DNA from: Chthoniobacterales bacterium
GTDB taxonomy: Bacteria > Verrucomicrobiota > Verrucomicrobiia > Chthoniobacterales > JACTMZ01
DNA length: 64,000 nt
Assembly: GCA_044343805.1 (NCBI GenBank)
Contig: JBIJDZ010000001.1
Location: forward strand, 7,722-71,721
Direction: 5' to 3'
In this document: piece by piece, positions 1-6,964 of the stretch
Position numbering within the stretch: position 1 is the stretch's first letter
Layout of the letters: each line of letters begins with the position of its first letter
The notes under the pieces: model-generated
What the model was told of the DNA's origin: nothing
The model's input: only the letters and a program-made list of their open reading frames with translations
Database searches by the model: none
Program-made: the position numbers and the translations under genes

Positions 1-1
1 G

Positions 2-64
2 CACGACGCGGAATACTTTTTTGATAACTTCGCCAAACTTATCGACGAAACAAAAGCCAGCTGA
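2..64 (+). CDS. 3' end of an upstream CDS cut by the window edge (…HDAEYFFDNFAKLIDETKAS*)
   Basis: An open frame runs from the window edge to a TGA at 62-64, 14 nt before the next start codon. No product can be assigned from 20 residues. Confidence 0.3.
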   Translation, partial: HDAEYFFDNFAKLIDETKAS

Positions 65-78
65 ATACCTCCCAAACT

Positions 79-576
79 ATGCGCCTTACCGTTTATTACC
101 CCGAAGAGAGTCCTACAACCCACGAGTTCGTGGAAACCAAGCTAACGATCGGTCGATTGGGTGACAATGATGTGAGACTGGATGAGGAATCGGTCTCCAG
201 TCATCACGCAGAAATCATCGCTTCAAACGGCGGCGCCCTATTACGCGATTTGGATTCGACCAACGGAACTTTTTGCAACGGTGATCAAGTGACGGGTGAA
301 GTTCCGATAGAAGAGGGTGACGAGATTTATTTCGGCAACGTGCGAAGTGTCTTCATGGAGCCAGTCTTGTCTGCATCGAGTGAACTGGAGCCAGAGCGCA
401 CCCCTTCGGTAGATGAGGTGTCTGCTGGCGGCGGATGCCCGGAAAACTTTCGTTACCTCTCTCCGTTTCCTCGAGAAAAAGAGGCCAAAGACTCTCTCGC
501 GACCGCCGCTTGGGGCTTCGCAGCGGTCGCCCTCATCGCTGCCATTTATGCATTGATGACGATTTTCGGATCCTGA
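79..576 (+). CDS. FHA-domain protein with a C-terminal transmembrane anchor
   Basis: N-terminal FHA pattern: TIGRLGDNDVRLDEESVSSHHAEI…LRDLDSTNGTFCNG…GDEIYFG. A low-complexity linker follows, then a hydrophobic tail AAWGFAAVALIAAIYALMTIF. Confidence 0.8.
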   Translation: MRLTVYYPEESPTTHEFVETKLTIGRLGDNDVRLDEESVSSHHAEIIASNGGALLRDLDSTNGTFCNGDQVTGEVPIEEGDEIYFGNVRSVFMEPVLSASSELEPERTPSVDEVSAGGGCPENFRYLSPFPREKEAKDSLATAAWGFAAVALIAAIYALMTIFGS

Positions 577-855
577 GCACTAGCTGCGGCAAAACGCGAA
601 AGTCATCTGAGACGGCGCAGATGAAGGCGAGTTGGATCGCCCAAGTTGCAGGTTGCGTTTTATTATGGCGAAGAGATGCGTTCCCAATTCTTGAGGCAGA
701 GCGTCTGCACAGTTTCGTGCGGATTGTTGATGGGTGTGATGGGTTGATTTTTTTGCTTTCATCGCGAACCATTTTGCCCGAAGGGGTTGGACATTAACTG
801 TCCTATGCCAAAAAAATCCCCATCCCCTAACATTTGTCCTCGCCAGCTCCCGAAC

Positions 856-1845
856 ATGCCTCTCAGCCGCCCGCCGATGGAGCGCATGTGGAGAATTCAC
901 CAGGAAGTTACCACCGGAAGCTATCCCAATTGCCGACAGCTTTCTGCAACGCTCGAGGTCTCTTCCAAGACCGTGATGCGTGATATCGAATTTATGAGGG
1001 ACAGGCTGGGCTTGCCTTTGGAATATGATCCTGTGCGACATGGATTTTTTTACACAGCTCCGGTGCGCGATTTTCCGGTGATGAAAGTTTCGCAGGGGGA
1101 GGTGGCTGCGCTTTTGCTCGCACAAAAGTCCTTGGAGCAGTTTCGCGGGACCCCCTTTGAGCGCCCTCTGGCGACCGCTTTTCGCAAACTGAGCAACTCT
1201 CTCGGGGGTGAAATGGAGATCGCCTGGCACGAGATGGAGCAGGCGTTGTCCGTCCGTCACACCGGCACCGGTCTGGCCGATATGGAGATTTTCGATGCGC
1301 TGTCAAAGGCTGTCATGGATAGCGCGGAAGTCTCATTTGCTTACCACAAGCTGGCAGGCGAGAAAGCTGAGGCGCGAATTGCTTGGCCCTATCACCTCGG
1401 GTGCATCGAAAACCAATGGTATCTTTTCGGGCACGACCTCGATCGCGGGGCTGTGCGCACCTTCACCCTGCCTCGTATCAAAAACGTCGAGCGAACCGGC
1501 GCAAAGTTCCGCCGTCCTAAAGATTTTTCTCTCGCCAAAGTTCTCGAAGGAAGCTTTGCCGTTTTTGAAAGCGTTGAGGCGAATCGCGTCAAACTCCGCT
1601 TCACGGGCGTGGCTTCGCGTTTGGTTGGTGAACGAATCTGGCACACTTCGCAAAAACTGAGGCAGGATAAATCCGGCACCGTTTTAGAGATGCGTGTAGG
1701 ACTTTCTCCTGATCTTCAGCAATGGGTTATGGGCTGGGGTAGCGATGTCGAAGTGTTGGAACCACAGGAGTTGCGAAAAGCCATCGCGGATGAGGCCATA
1801 AAGCTTGCGGCTTTTTATGCTTCCGGGCGTCGTTCGCGAGACTGA
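856..1845 (+). CDS. HTH plus WYL-domain transcriptional regulator (YafY/PafBC-like)
   Basis: N-terminal DeoR-like HTH: YPNCRQLSATLEVSSKTVMRDIEFMRDRLGLPLEYD. Central WYL motif: PYHLGCIENQWYLFGHDLDRGAVRTFTLPRI. A C-terminal WCX-like region is present. The start is ambiguous: the ORF track opens at 787 and ATGs lie at 805 and 856. Confidence 0.8.
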   Translation: MPLSRPPMERMWRIHQEVTTGSYPNCRQLSATLEVSSKTVMRDIEFMRDRLGLPLEYDPVRHGFFYTAPVRDFPVMKVSQGEVAALLLAQKSLEQFRGTPFERPLATAFRKLSNSLGGEMEIAWHEMEQALSVRHTGTGLADMEIFDALSKAVMDSAEVSFAYHKLAGEKAEARIAWPYHLGCIENQWYLFGHDLDRGAVRTFTLPRIKNVERTGAKFRRPKDFSLAKVLEGSFAVFESVEANRVKLRFTGVASRLVGERIWHTSQKLRQDKSGTVLEMRVGLSPDLQQWVMGWGSDVEVLEPQELRKAIADEAIKLAAFYASGRRSRD

Positions 1846-1856
1846 TTCTGCAGGCC

Positions 1857-2666
1857 ATGAAAATCATACGGTACCGCGACAGCGTTGGCGTCATCCACTA
1901 TGGTGAATTGGGGGCAGATGGGGCCATCCAGAAGCTTGAGGGCGATATTTTTTCCGGCGTTCGACCCACAGGCGAAGCAGCTGATGCGAGGAAGCTACTC
2001 GCGCCAGTTTTACCAGCGGCGATTCTTTGTATCGGTTTGAATTACCGGCGCCATGCTGAGGAGACAGGCGGCAAAGTTCCGCCGTGGCCTGTTCTCTTTA
2101 TGAAAAATCCGGCTTCGGTGCAGAATCCCGGGGACCCTATCGAGATTCCCACTGCTTTGCCCAGCGAGCAGGTGGATTACGAGTGCGAACTGGCCGTTGT
2201 GATCGTGCGGACCTGCAAGAATGTTACGCCTGAAAAAGCACTCGATTATGTCCTGGGTTATACGTGTGCCAATGATGTCAGCGCCCGGGACTGGCAACTC
2301 CAACGCGGTGGCAGCCAATGGTGCCGGGCCAAAAGCTTCGACACTTTTTGTCCGCTTGGCCCCTGTTTGGTCACCCCGGATGAAATCATAAATCCGAACG
2401 CTCTTGGAATCCGCACCATCCTCAATGGTGAACGGCTCCAGGATTGGAATACAAACGACATGATCTTTGACGTGCCGCGCATCATTGCATTTCTCAGTGG
2501 CAGTACCACGTTGCTCGCCGGAACTGTGATTCTGACGGGGACCCCGCACGGAGTTGGCATGGCCCGAACCCCTAAAATCTGGCTTAACCCCGGAGATACG
2601 GTGACGGTGGAAATCGATGGTATTGGAGCGTTAACCAACCCCGTCCGCAGAGAAAGTCTGGCATAG
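1857..2666 (+). CDS. Fumarylacetoacetate hydrolase (FAH) family protein
   Basis: Typical FAH-family C-terminal domain pattern: CIGLNYRRHAEE…DYECELAVVI…GYTCANDVSARDWQ…KSFDTFCPLGP…GTVILTGTPHGVG. Confidence 0.85.
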   Translation: MKIIRYRDSVGVIHYGELGADGAIQKLEGDIFSGVRPTGEAADARKLLAPVLPAAILCIGLNYRRHAEETGGKVPPWPVLFMKNPASVQNPGDPIEIPTALPSEQVDYECELAVVIVRTCKNVTPEKALDYVLGYTCANDVSARDWQLQRGGSQWCRAKSFDTFCPLGPCLVTPDEIINPNALGIRTILNGERLQDWNTNDMIFDVPRIIAFLSGSTTLLAGTVILTGTPHGVGMARTPKIWLNPGDTVTVEIDGIGALTNPVRRESLA

Positions 2667-2715
2667 ATAATCGGAATTTGCGCCTTGCGCGATAGGGCAA
2701 GCTTCCGGGTTGGTG

Positions 2716-3057
2716 TTACCCATCGAGGCGGACAGGTTGAAAAATCAGCCAAAGCATCAGGCCCAAGCCAGCACCTATACCCACCAAGAGCGGCCAAGAC
2801 CTCCGTCGCGCTGCGACTTGCCAGAACCAACGCCAGTGCATGGCCAAGTGCATCGCAATCAGCCCCAAAAATGCATAGGATAGCCAAGTGTGTATATCGC
2901 CCCATTCATGGCGACTGAGTCCGAGCGCGCTCAACCCGCGTCCGCCCCGTGATCCGGGCGGCAACCGGTAAGCCAAGAGCAGTCCTGTGCCGGACATGGA
3001 GCAAAAGACCAGCCAGAGCAGCGCGTTGAGGATGCGGGGAAATGTCGAGCGGTTCAT
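2716..3057 (-). CDS. DUF4405-like small membrane protein
   Basis: Three or four hydrophobic helices and the His-rich motif HEWGDIHTWLSYAFLGLIAMHLAMHWRWF, which resembles DUF4405. Its start overlaps the stop of the upstream gene in an ATGA. Confidence 0.55.
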   Translation of the reverse strand: MNRSTFPRILNALLWLVFCSMSGTGLLLAYRLPPGSRGGRGLSALGLSRHEWGDIHTWLSYAFLGLIAMHLAMHWRWFWQVAARRRSWPLLVGIGAGLGLMLWLIFQPVRLDG

Positions 3058-3359
3058 GATTTTTCCAAGTCTGCCGCCAAATCGGCCAGCATGCGATCCG
3101 CCAAAAGAACGTCTTCATGTGAAGCACGTCGGCGCTGGTATTTGCGCCAGAGAATGTCGCGCAGTTCCTCCAAGTCGCCACGCTCGGGCGTCTCGTAGTA
3201 GGTCCATTGCTCCTCGTGCTTGAGCTTGGACTGCAATCTCCAGCGCCCCTGTGTTTTGATGGCGCGCATTTCACGTTTCTCGCCGTCCTCCGTACGATGG
3301 GTCCATCCATGCTCGTTGCGCATAACAAGGATTGAGACGATTAGGCGTGATTGATGCAA
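3054..3359 (-). CDS. Hypothetical small basic protein, translationally coupled to the DUF4405-like gene
   Basis: ORF of 101 aa. An alternative start at Met13 (position 3323) gives MRNEHGW…. It shares a 4-nt stop/start overlap with the downstream gene. I recognise no family. Confidence 0.4.
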   Translation of the reverse strand: MHQSRLIVSILVMRNEHGWTHRTEDGEKREMRAIKTQGRWRLQSKLKHEEQWTYYETPERGDLEELRDILWRKYQRRRASHEDVLLADRMLADLAADLEKS

Positions 3360-3364
3360 GAGGA

Positions 3365-3393
3365 TTGACGCGCAGGACGGAGGCTTTTAAAAA
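3365..3393 (+). promoter_or_regulatory. Candidate sigma70-type promoter for the riboswitch-led operon
   Basis: TTGACG (3365-3370), a 17-nt spacer, then TAAAAA (3388-3393), about 50 nt upstream of the aptamer P1 helix. This is a pattern match only. Confidence 0.3.
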
Positions 3394-3442
3394 AGACGTA
3401 CGTTCTTTTGCATGACTAACATCCGGCTTTCCGGATGCGACT

Positions 3443-3626
3443 GACCAGCAAGCCAAGGGAAAGCCGTGAGAATCGGCTGCAGTTGCGCTGCGGTATCCGG
3501 TCACAATCCACCAATCCTGCCTCGGCAGGAGCAAAGCCAGTCCGGCGAAAGTCGGGCGAAGGCGAGGGGAAAGGCGATTTCGCACAGAAATCACAAACCG
3601 GGAGCCCGAATATCTTGCTGCTGGTC
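3443..3626 (+). promoter_or_regulatory. Cobalamin (B12) riboswitch-like aptamer
   Basis: The core at 3455-3495, AAGGGAAAGCCGTGAGAATCGGCTGCAGTTGCGCTGCGGTA, fits the conserved GGGAA / GTGnGAATC hairpin / GCnG…CnGC hairpin / GGTA layout. At 3536-3563, GCCAGTC…GGCGAAGGC resembles the GCCACTG…GGGAAGGC element. At 3603-3618, AGCCCGAATATCTTGC resembles the B12 box. An 8-bp closing helix pairs 3443-3450 (GACCAGCA) with 3619-3626 (TGCTGGTC). No covariance model was run. Confidence 0.8.
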
Positions 3627-3775
3627 CCGACGCGTCTCCAGCGAGTGCTGGGGGCGATAAATCTTCATCGCAAAAATGAAGCGTGCGGGAGTGGTCTTTG
3701 CTGCACGTTTACATCAAACGCGCCATCATGGTCTCTCTTGCCCAAGACAAAAACAGAAAGAGAGAAATAAACCTG

Positions 3776-4489
3776 ATGAAAAAAATGTTCGCGGCATTTG
3801 TTGTGCTGCTTGGTGTCGGAGCGCCCGGGCTTAAGGCGCAGTTGATTAGTAGCTTCGAAGATATTGAGTATTGGGTGGGGTCGGGAACAAACCAATCAGT
3901 TCTCGCAATCCAATGGAGCGACGGGGGTGATCCAAAATCTCTGGCTTGGGGATACCGATGGAATGATATGGCAACGGGGCTTGATATGCTTACAGCCATT
4001 GCTGGATTGAGTGTTGTCGAACCCCCTTCAGGTGGTGACCCAATTGAGACAATCCATGGTGCTGACGTAAGACTTACTCTTGTGCTTTGGCGCTATGGCT
4101 TTGGAGATTCACTATACTCCGCCTCTTTCGGATCTGGTGAGACTACCCGTACCCAGGCTGATTGGGATTCAGGCTATTGGCAGTATTGGATTTACGGAGG
4201 CGATATTGAATACACCCCTTGGGACGAAACAGAGCCAAGTTATTACCAAGTGAGTGGCAGCTCAAATTATAGTTCAGTGACTTGGTGGAACTCTCAAGTT
4301 GGAGCCTCTGATCGCCCGCTGATCAACAATTCTTGGGATGCTTATGTATTTCTGCCTGGTTTTGCGGCTCAAGTCGTAGCGCAACCCACGGCGGCAGCTA
4401 TCCCTGAGCCATCCACATGGGTCCTGCTTGGGCTCTCGGCTTTAACTTTTGGCATCTTGAGAATTCGTCGTGCAGCGCGCCGCGTTTAG
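3776..4489 (+). CDS. Secreted Trp/Tyr-rich protein with a PEP-CTERM sorting signal
   Basis: Signal peptide MKKMFAAFVVLLGVGAPGLKAQ. C-terminal PEP-CTERM signal IPEPSTWVLLGLSALTFGILRIRRAARRV. The start at 3776 was chosen for the signal peptide; the ORF track opens at 3683. The mature domain was not recognised. Confidence 0.8.
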   Translation: MKKMFAAFVVLLGVGAPGLKAQLISSFEDIEYWVGSGTNQSVLAIQWSDGGDPKSLAWGYRWNDMATGLDMLTAIAGLSVVEPPSGGDPIETIHGADVRLTLVLWRYGFGDSLYSASFGSGETTRTQADWDSGYWQYWIYGGDIEYTPWDETEPSYYQVSGSSNYSSVTWWNSQVGASDRPLINNSWDAYVFLPGFAAQVVAQPTAAAIPEPSTWVLLGLSALTFGILRIRRAARRV

Positions 4490-5216
4490 TCTCATCGAGA
4501 TGTTGGTAGCGATAGCTGTCATCATCGCTCTATCGGCGGTGGCGGTGCCGACCGTGTGGGGTGCTTACAAAAGCTCTTCGTTGGCGGTTTCAGCCAACAA
4601 TGTGCGCCAACTGGCTGCGGGCGCTGCTGCCTACCTTGGCGATAACAATTTTGTCTACTGGAAATATCGCGAAAGTGTCCCGGGACAGGGAGTGCGTTGG
4701 TGGTTCGGTCTCGAATCGTCGGCAAGTTTGTCGGCTGCAGAAGGAAGTCGGGCATTTGATCCGTTGAAGGGACCGCTGTCCGGCTACGTTCCTGCCGGTT
4801 TTCGACCTGATCCGAGCTTTGGTTTCAGCGGTAAGCCATTTAAGCCGAAGTACAATTTTGGGTACATCGGTGTCGGCTACAATGTGCTCTTAGGCGGTGG
4901 ATGGACTGGCTCTGCTCCAGCGTTGCGTTATTGGGATCTGCTAAATCCGGCGGAAACAGTTGTCTTTGCCACTTCTGCCCAAGTGAACACCTTCCAAAAA
5001 CCAGCCAGCGCCAAGAAACCGATGATCGAGGAGTTTTACGGCATTGATCAGCGCGAGGTGACCGTGCACTTCCGTCACAACGGGCAAGCAATGGTGGCTT
5101 TTGCCAATGGTTCGGCGGGATTTTTGCCGATGGATCCATCGACTCTCGACAAGCGCGCGCCGGAAGCTCAAGTCGGGCGTTTCGCGCCGAACGGAAGCAC
5201 AAAGTATCTGCGTTGA
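4470..5216 (+). CDS. Prepilin-type N-terminal cleavage/methylation domain protein, H-X9-DG family variant (H-X9-NG)
   Basis: N-terminus QRAAFSLIEMLVAIAVIIALSAVAVP is a pseudopilin-like signal. C-terminal HNGQAMVAFANGSAGFL matches the H-X9-(D/N)G motif of the large PVC-group family. It overlaps the upstream gene by 20 nt. Confidence 0.8.
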   Translation: MQRAAFSLIEMLVAIAVIIALSAVAVPTVWGAYKSSSLAVSANNVRQLAAGAAAYLGDNNFVYWKYRESVPGQGVRWWFGLESSASLSAAEGSRAFDPLKGPLSGYVPAGFRPDPSFGFSGKPFKPKYNFGYIGVGYNVLLGGGWTGSAPALRYWDLLNPAETVVFATSAQVNTFQKPASAKKPMIEEFYGIDQREVTVHFRHNGQAMVAFANGSAGFLPMDPSTLDKRAPEAQVGRFAPNGSTKYLR

Positions 5217-5605
5217 ACGTTGATCTTTTTACGCTCTTCCATGTGACCGAATTACTCGAGCCCTTGCAGTGCCCGCTTTGCGGTCGTCTGAACGAGTGTC
5301 ACCAATGTTCCGCTGAGGCCTACAAGGGGGCTTGTTGGTGCTACGATGTTGTCATTCCACCGGAGCTTCTCTCGCGTATTGCTGAAACCCATCGGAATCA
5401 GGTCTGTATCTGTCGTGACTGCGTAAACACCTTTCACCGAAGTCAAACCCCGCAACAGCCCGTAGCGAAGCTCTCGCCCGGAGATTTTTATTTCGAAAAC
5501 GGGGTCATGGTCTTCACCGCTCAGTATCACCTGAAAAGGGGATACTGTTGCGGCAACGGCTGCCGTCACTGCCCATATCGGAAGGCGAAGTCCGTGCTCG
5601 GTTAA
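5213..5605 (+). CDS. Cysteine-rich CWC domain fused to a DUF5522-like domain
   Basis: N-terminal CPLCGRLNECHQC…GACWC pattern. C-terminal YFENGVMVFTAQYHLKRGYCCGNGCRHCPY pattern. 13 Cys in 130 aa. The TTG start overlaps the upstream stop (TTGA). Confidence 0.7.
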   Translation: MNVDLFTLFHVTELLEPLQCPLCGRLNECHQCSAEAYKGACWCYDVVIPPELLSRIAETHRNQVCICRDCVNTFHRSQTPQQPVAKLSPGDFYFENGVMVFTAQYHLKRGYCCGNGCRHCPYRKAKSVLG

Positions 5606-5674
5606 CTCATGTGTTTGCGGTTGACTTGATTGATGGAGGGGAAACTATCCCTTAACACTAGATCCTAAAGAACC

Positions 5675-6964
5675 ATGAGATTCGACACCATCTGCCTTCA
5701 CGGCGGCCAGCAACCCGATCCGACGACACTTTCGCGCGCGGTGCCCATTTACCGCACGAGCTCTTTTGTTTTCAAAAGCACAGAGCACGCTGCGAATCTT
5801 TTTGCGCTGAAGGAGCTGGGGAATATCTACACGCGGTTGATGAACCCGACCACCGATGTGCTGGAAAAGCGCGTCGCCCTGCTCGAAGGCGCACCGGAAA
5901 TGGGCGGTCTCGGTGTCGCCTCGGGAACCAGCGCGGTCTTTTACGCGGTGATCAATCTCGCCGAAGCGGGCGACAATATTGTCAGCGCCCGCAATCTTTA
6001 CGGCGGCACTTACACGCAGTTCAACGACATCCTTCCGGCGCTCGGTATCGAAGTGAATTTCGTCGACTCGAACGATCCGCAGAACTTCACCAACGCGATC
6101 GATGACAAAACCCGCGCCATTTTCGTCGAAACTGTGTCGAATCCGGCCCTCGAAGTCGTCGATCTGGAAGCCGTAGCCAAAGTAGCCCATGCGCACGGTC
6201 TGCCATTGATCGTCGATGCCACCTTTTCCACGCCTTATCTCACCAAGCCGCTGGATTTCGGCGCGGATGTGGTCATTCATTCCCTGACCAAGTGGTTCGG
6301 TGGTCATGGCACTGGGATTGGTGGGGTGGTGGTGGATAGCGGGCGCTTCAACTGGGGCGCGGGCAAGCATCCACTCTATGACAGCCCCGACACCAGCTAT
6401 CACGGTCTTCGCTGGGGCCATGATCTGCCGGCGCCGCTGGCTCCTTTGGCCTACATCCTGCGCATGCGGACGGTTCCTCTCCGCAATCTCGGGGCGTGCA
6501 TCGCGCCCGATAATGCGTGGATGTTTTTACAGGGCATCGAGACGTTGCCGCTGCGCATGGAAAAGCACTGCGCCAACGCCCTCGCGGTGGCCGAGCACCT
6601 GCAGAAGCACCCCGATGTGGAGTGGGTTCGTTTTCCCGGGCTCAAGCAGGATCCGAATTACGCGCTGAACGAAAAGTATCTCCGCGGCAAAGGCGGCTCT
6701 ATGGTGGTTTTCGGCATCAAGGGCGGAGCGGCCGCCGGTAAAAAATTCATCGAATCCCTGCGGCTGATCTCGCATTTGGCCAATGTCGGGGATGCCAAGA
6801 GCCTGGCGATTCACCCCGCAACCACCACGCATTCGCAGCTCAACGAGGAGCAGCAACGTGCTGCTGGCATTTTGCCGGAGCTGATCCGCCTTTCCATCGG
6901 CATCGAAGATCAGACAGATATCATCGAAGATCTTGATCAAGCGCTGGCGGCAGCCAAAGTTTGA
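5675..6964 (+). CDS. metY: O-acetylhomoserine sulfhydrylase (aminocarboxypropyltransferase)
   Basis: MRFDTICLHGG…PIYRTSSFVF…NPT…SLTKWFGGHGT (PLP-lysine motif). About 430 aa, typical of MetY. Confidence 0.9.
   Translation: MRFDTICLHGGQQPDPTTLSRAVPIYRTSSFVFKSTEHAANLFALKELGNIYTRLMNPTTDVLEKRVALLEGAPEMGGLGVASGTSAVFYAVINLAEAGDNIVSARNLYGGTYTQFNDILPALGIEVNFVDSNDPQNFTNAIDDKTRAIFVETVSNPALEVVDLEAVAKVAHAHGLPLIVDATFSTPYLTKPLDFGADVVIHSLTKWFGGHGTGIGGVVVDSGRFNWGAGKHPLYDSPDTSYHGLRWGHDLPAPLAPLAYILRMRTVPLRNLGACIAPDNAWMFLQGIETLPLRMEKHCANALAVAEHLQKHPDVEWVRFPGLKQDPNYALNEKYLRGKGGSMVVFGIKGGAAAGKKFIESLRLISHLANVGDAKSLAIHPATTTHSQLNEEQQRAAGILPELIRLSIGIEDQTDIIEDLDQALAAAKV

Noticed and set aside
580-1260. A 226-aa ORF on the - strand spanning the FHA/WYL intergenic region and the start of the WYL gene.
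   Set aside because: It overlaps the HTH-encoding part of the WYL regulator in antisense and has no recognisable domain.
3663-3681. A hairpin (CTTCAT-CGCAAAA-ATGAAG) downstream of the aptamer, considered as the riboswitch terminator.
   Set aside because: The stem is only 6 bp and AT-rich, and it is followed by CGTGCGG instead of a U-tract. It does not look like an intrinsic terminator.
5606-5674. The 69-nt gap before metY, considered as a SAM or other methionine riboswitch, or as evidence that metY-metX belong to the B12-controlled operon.
   Set aside because: It is too short for any known aptamer. It contains a TTGACT -35-like hexamer (5621-5626) but no convincing -10, so co-transcription can be neither shown nor excluded from sequence alone.
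5645-6421. A 258-aa ORF on the - strand.
   Set aside because: It is antisense to metY, which carries the PLP-lysine motif. No motif supports the antisense frame.
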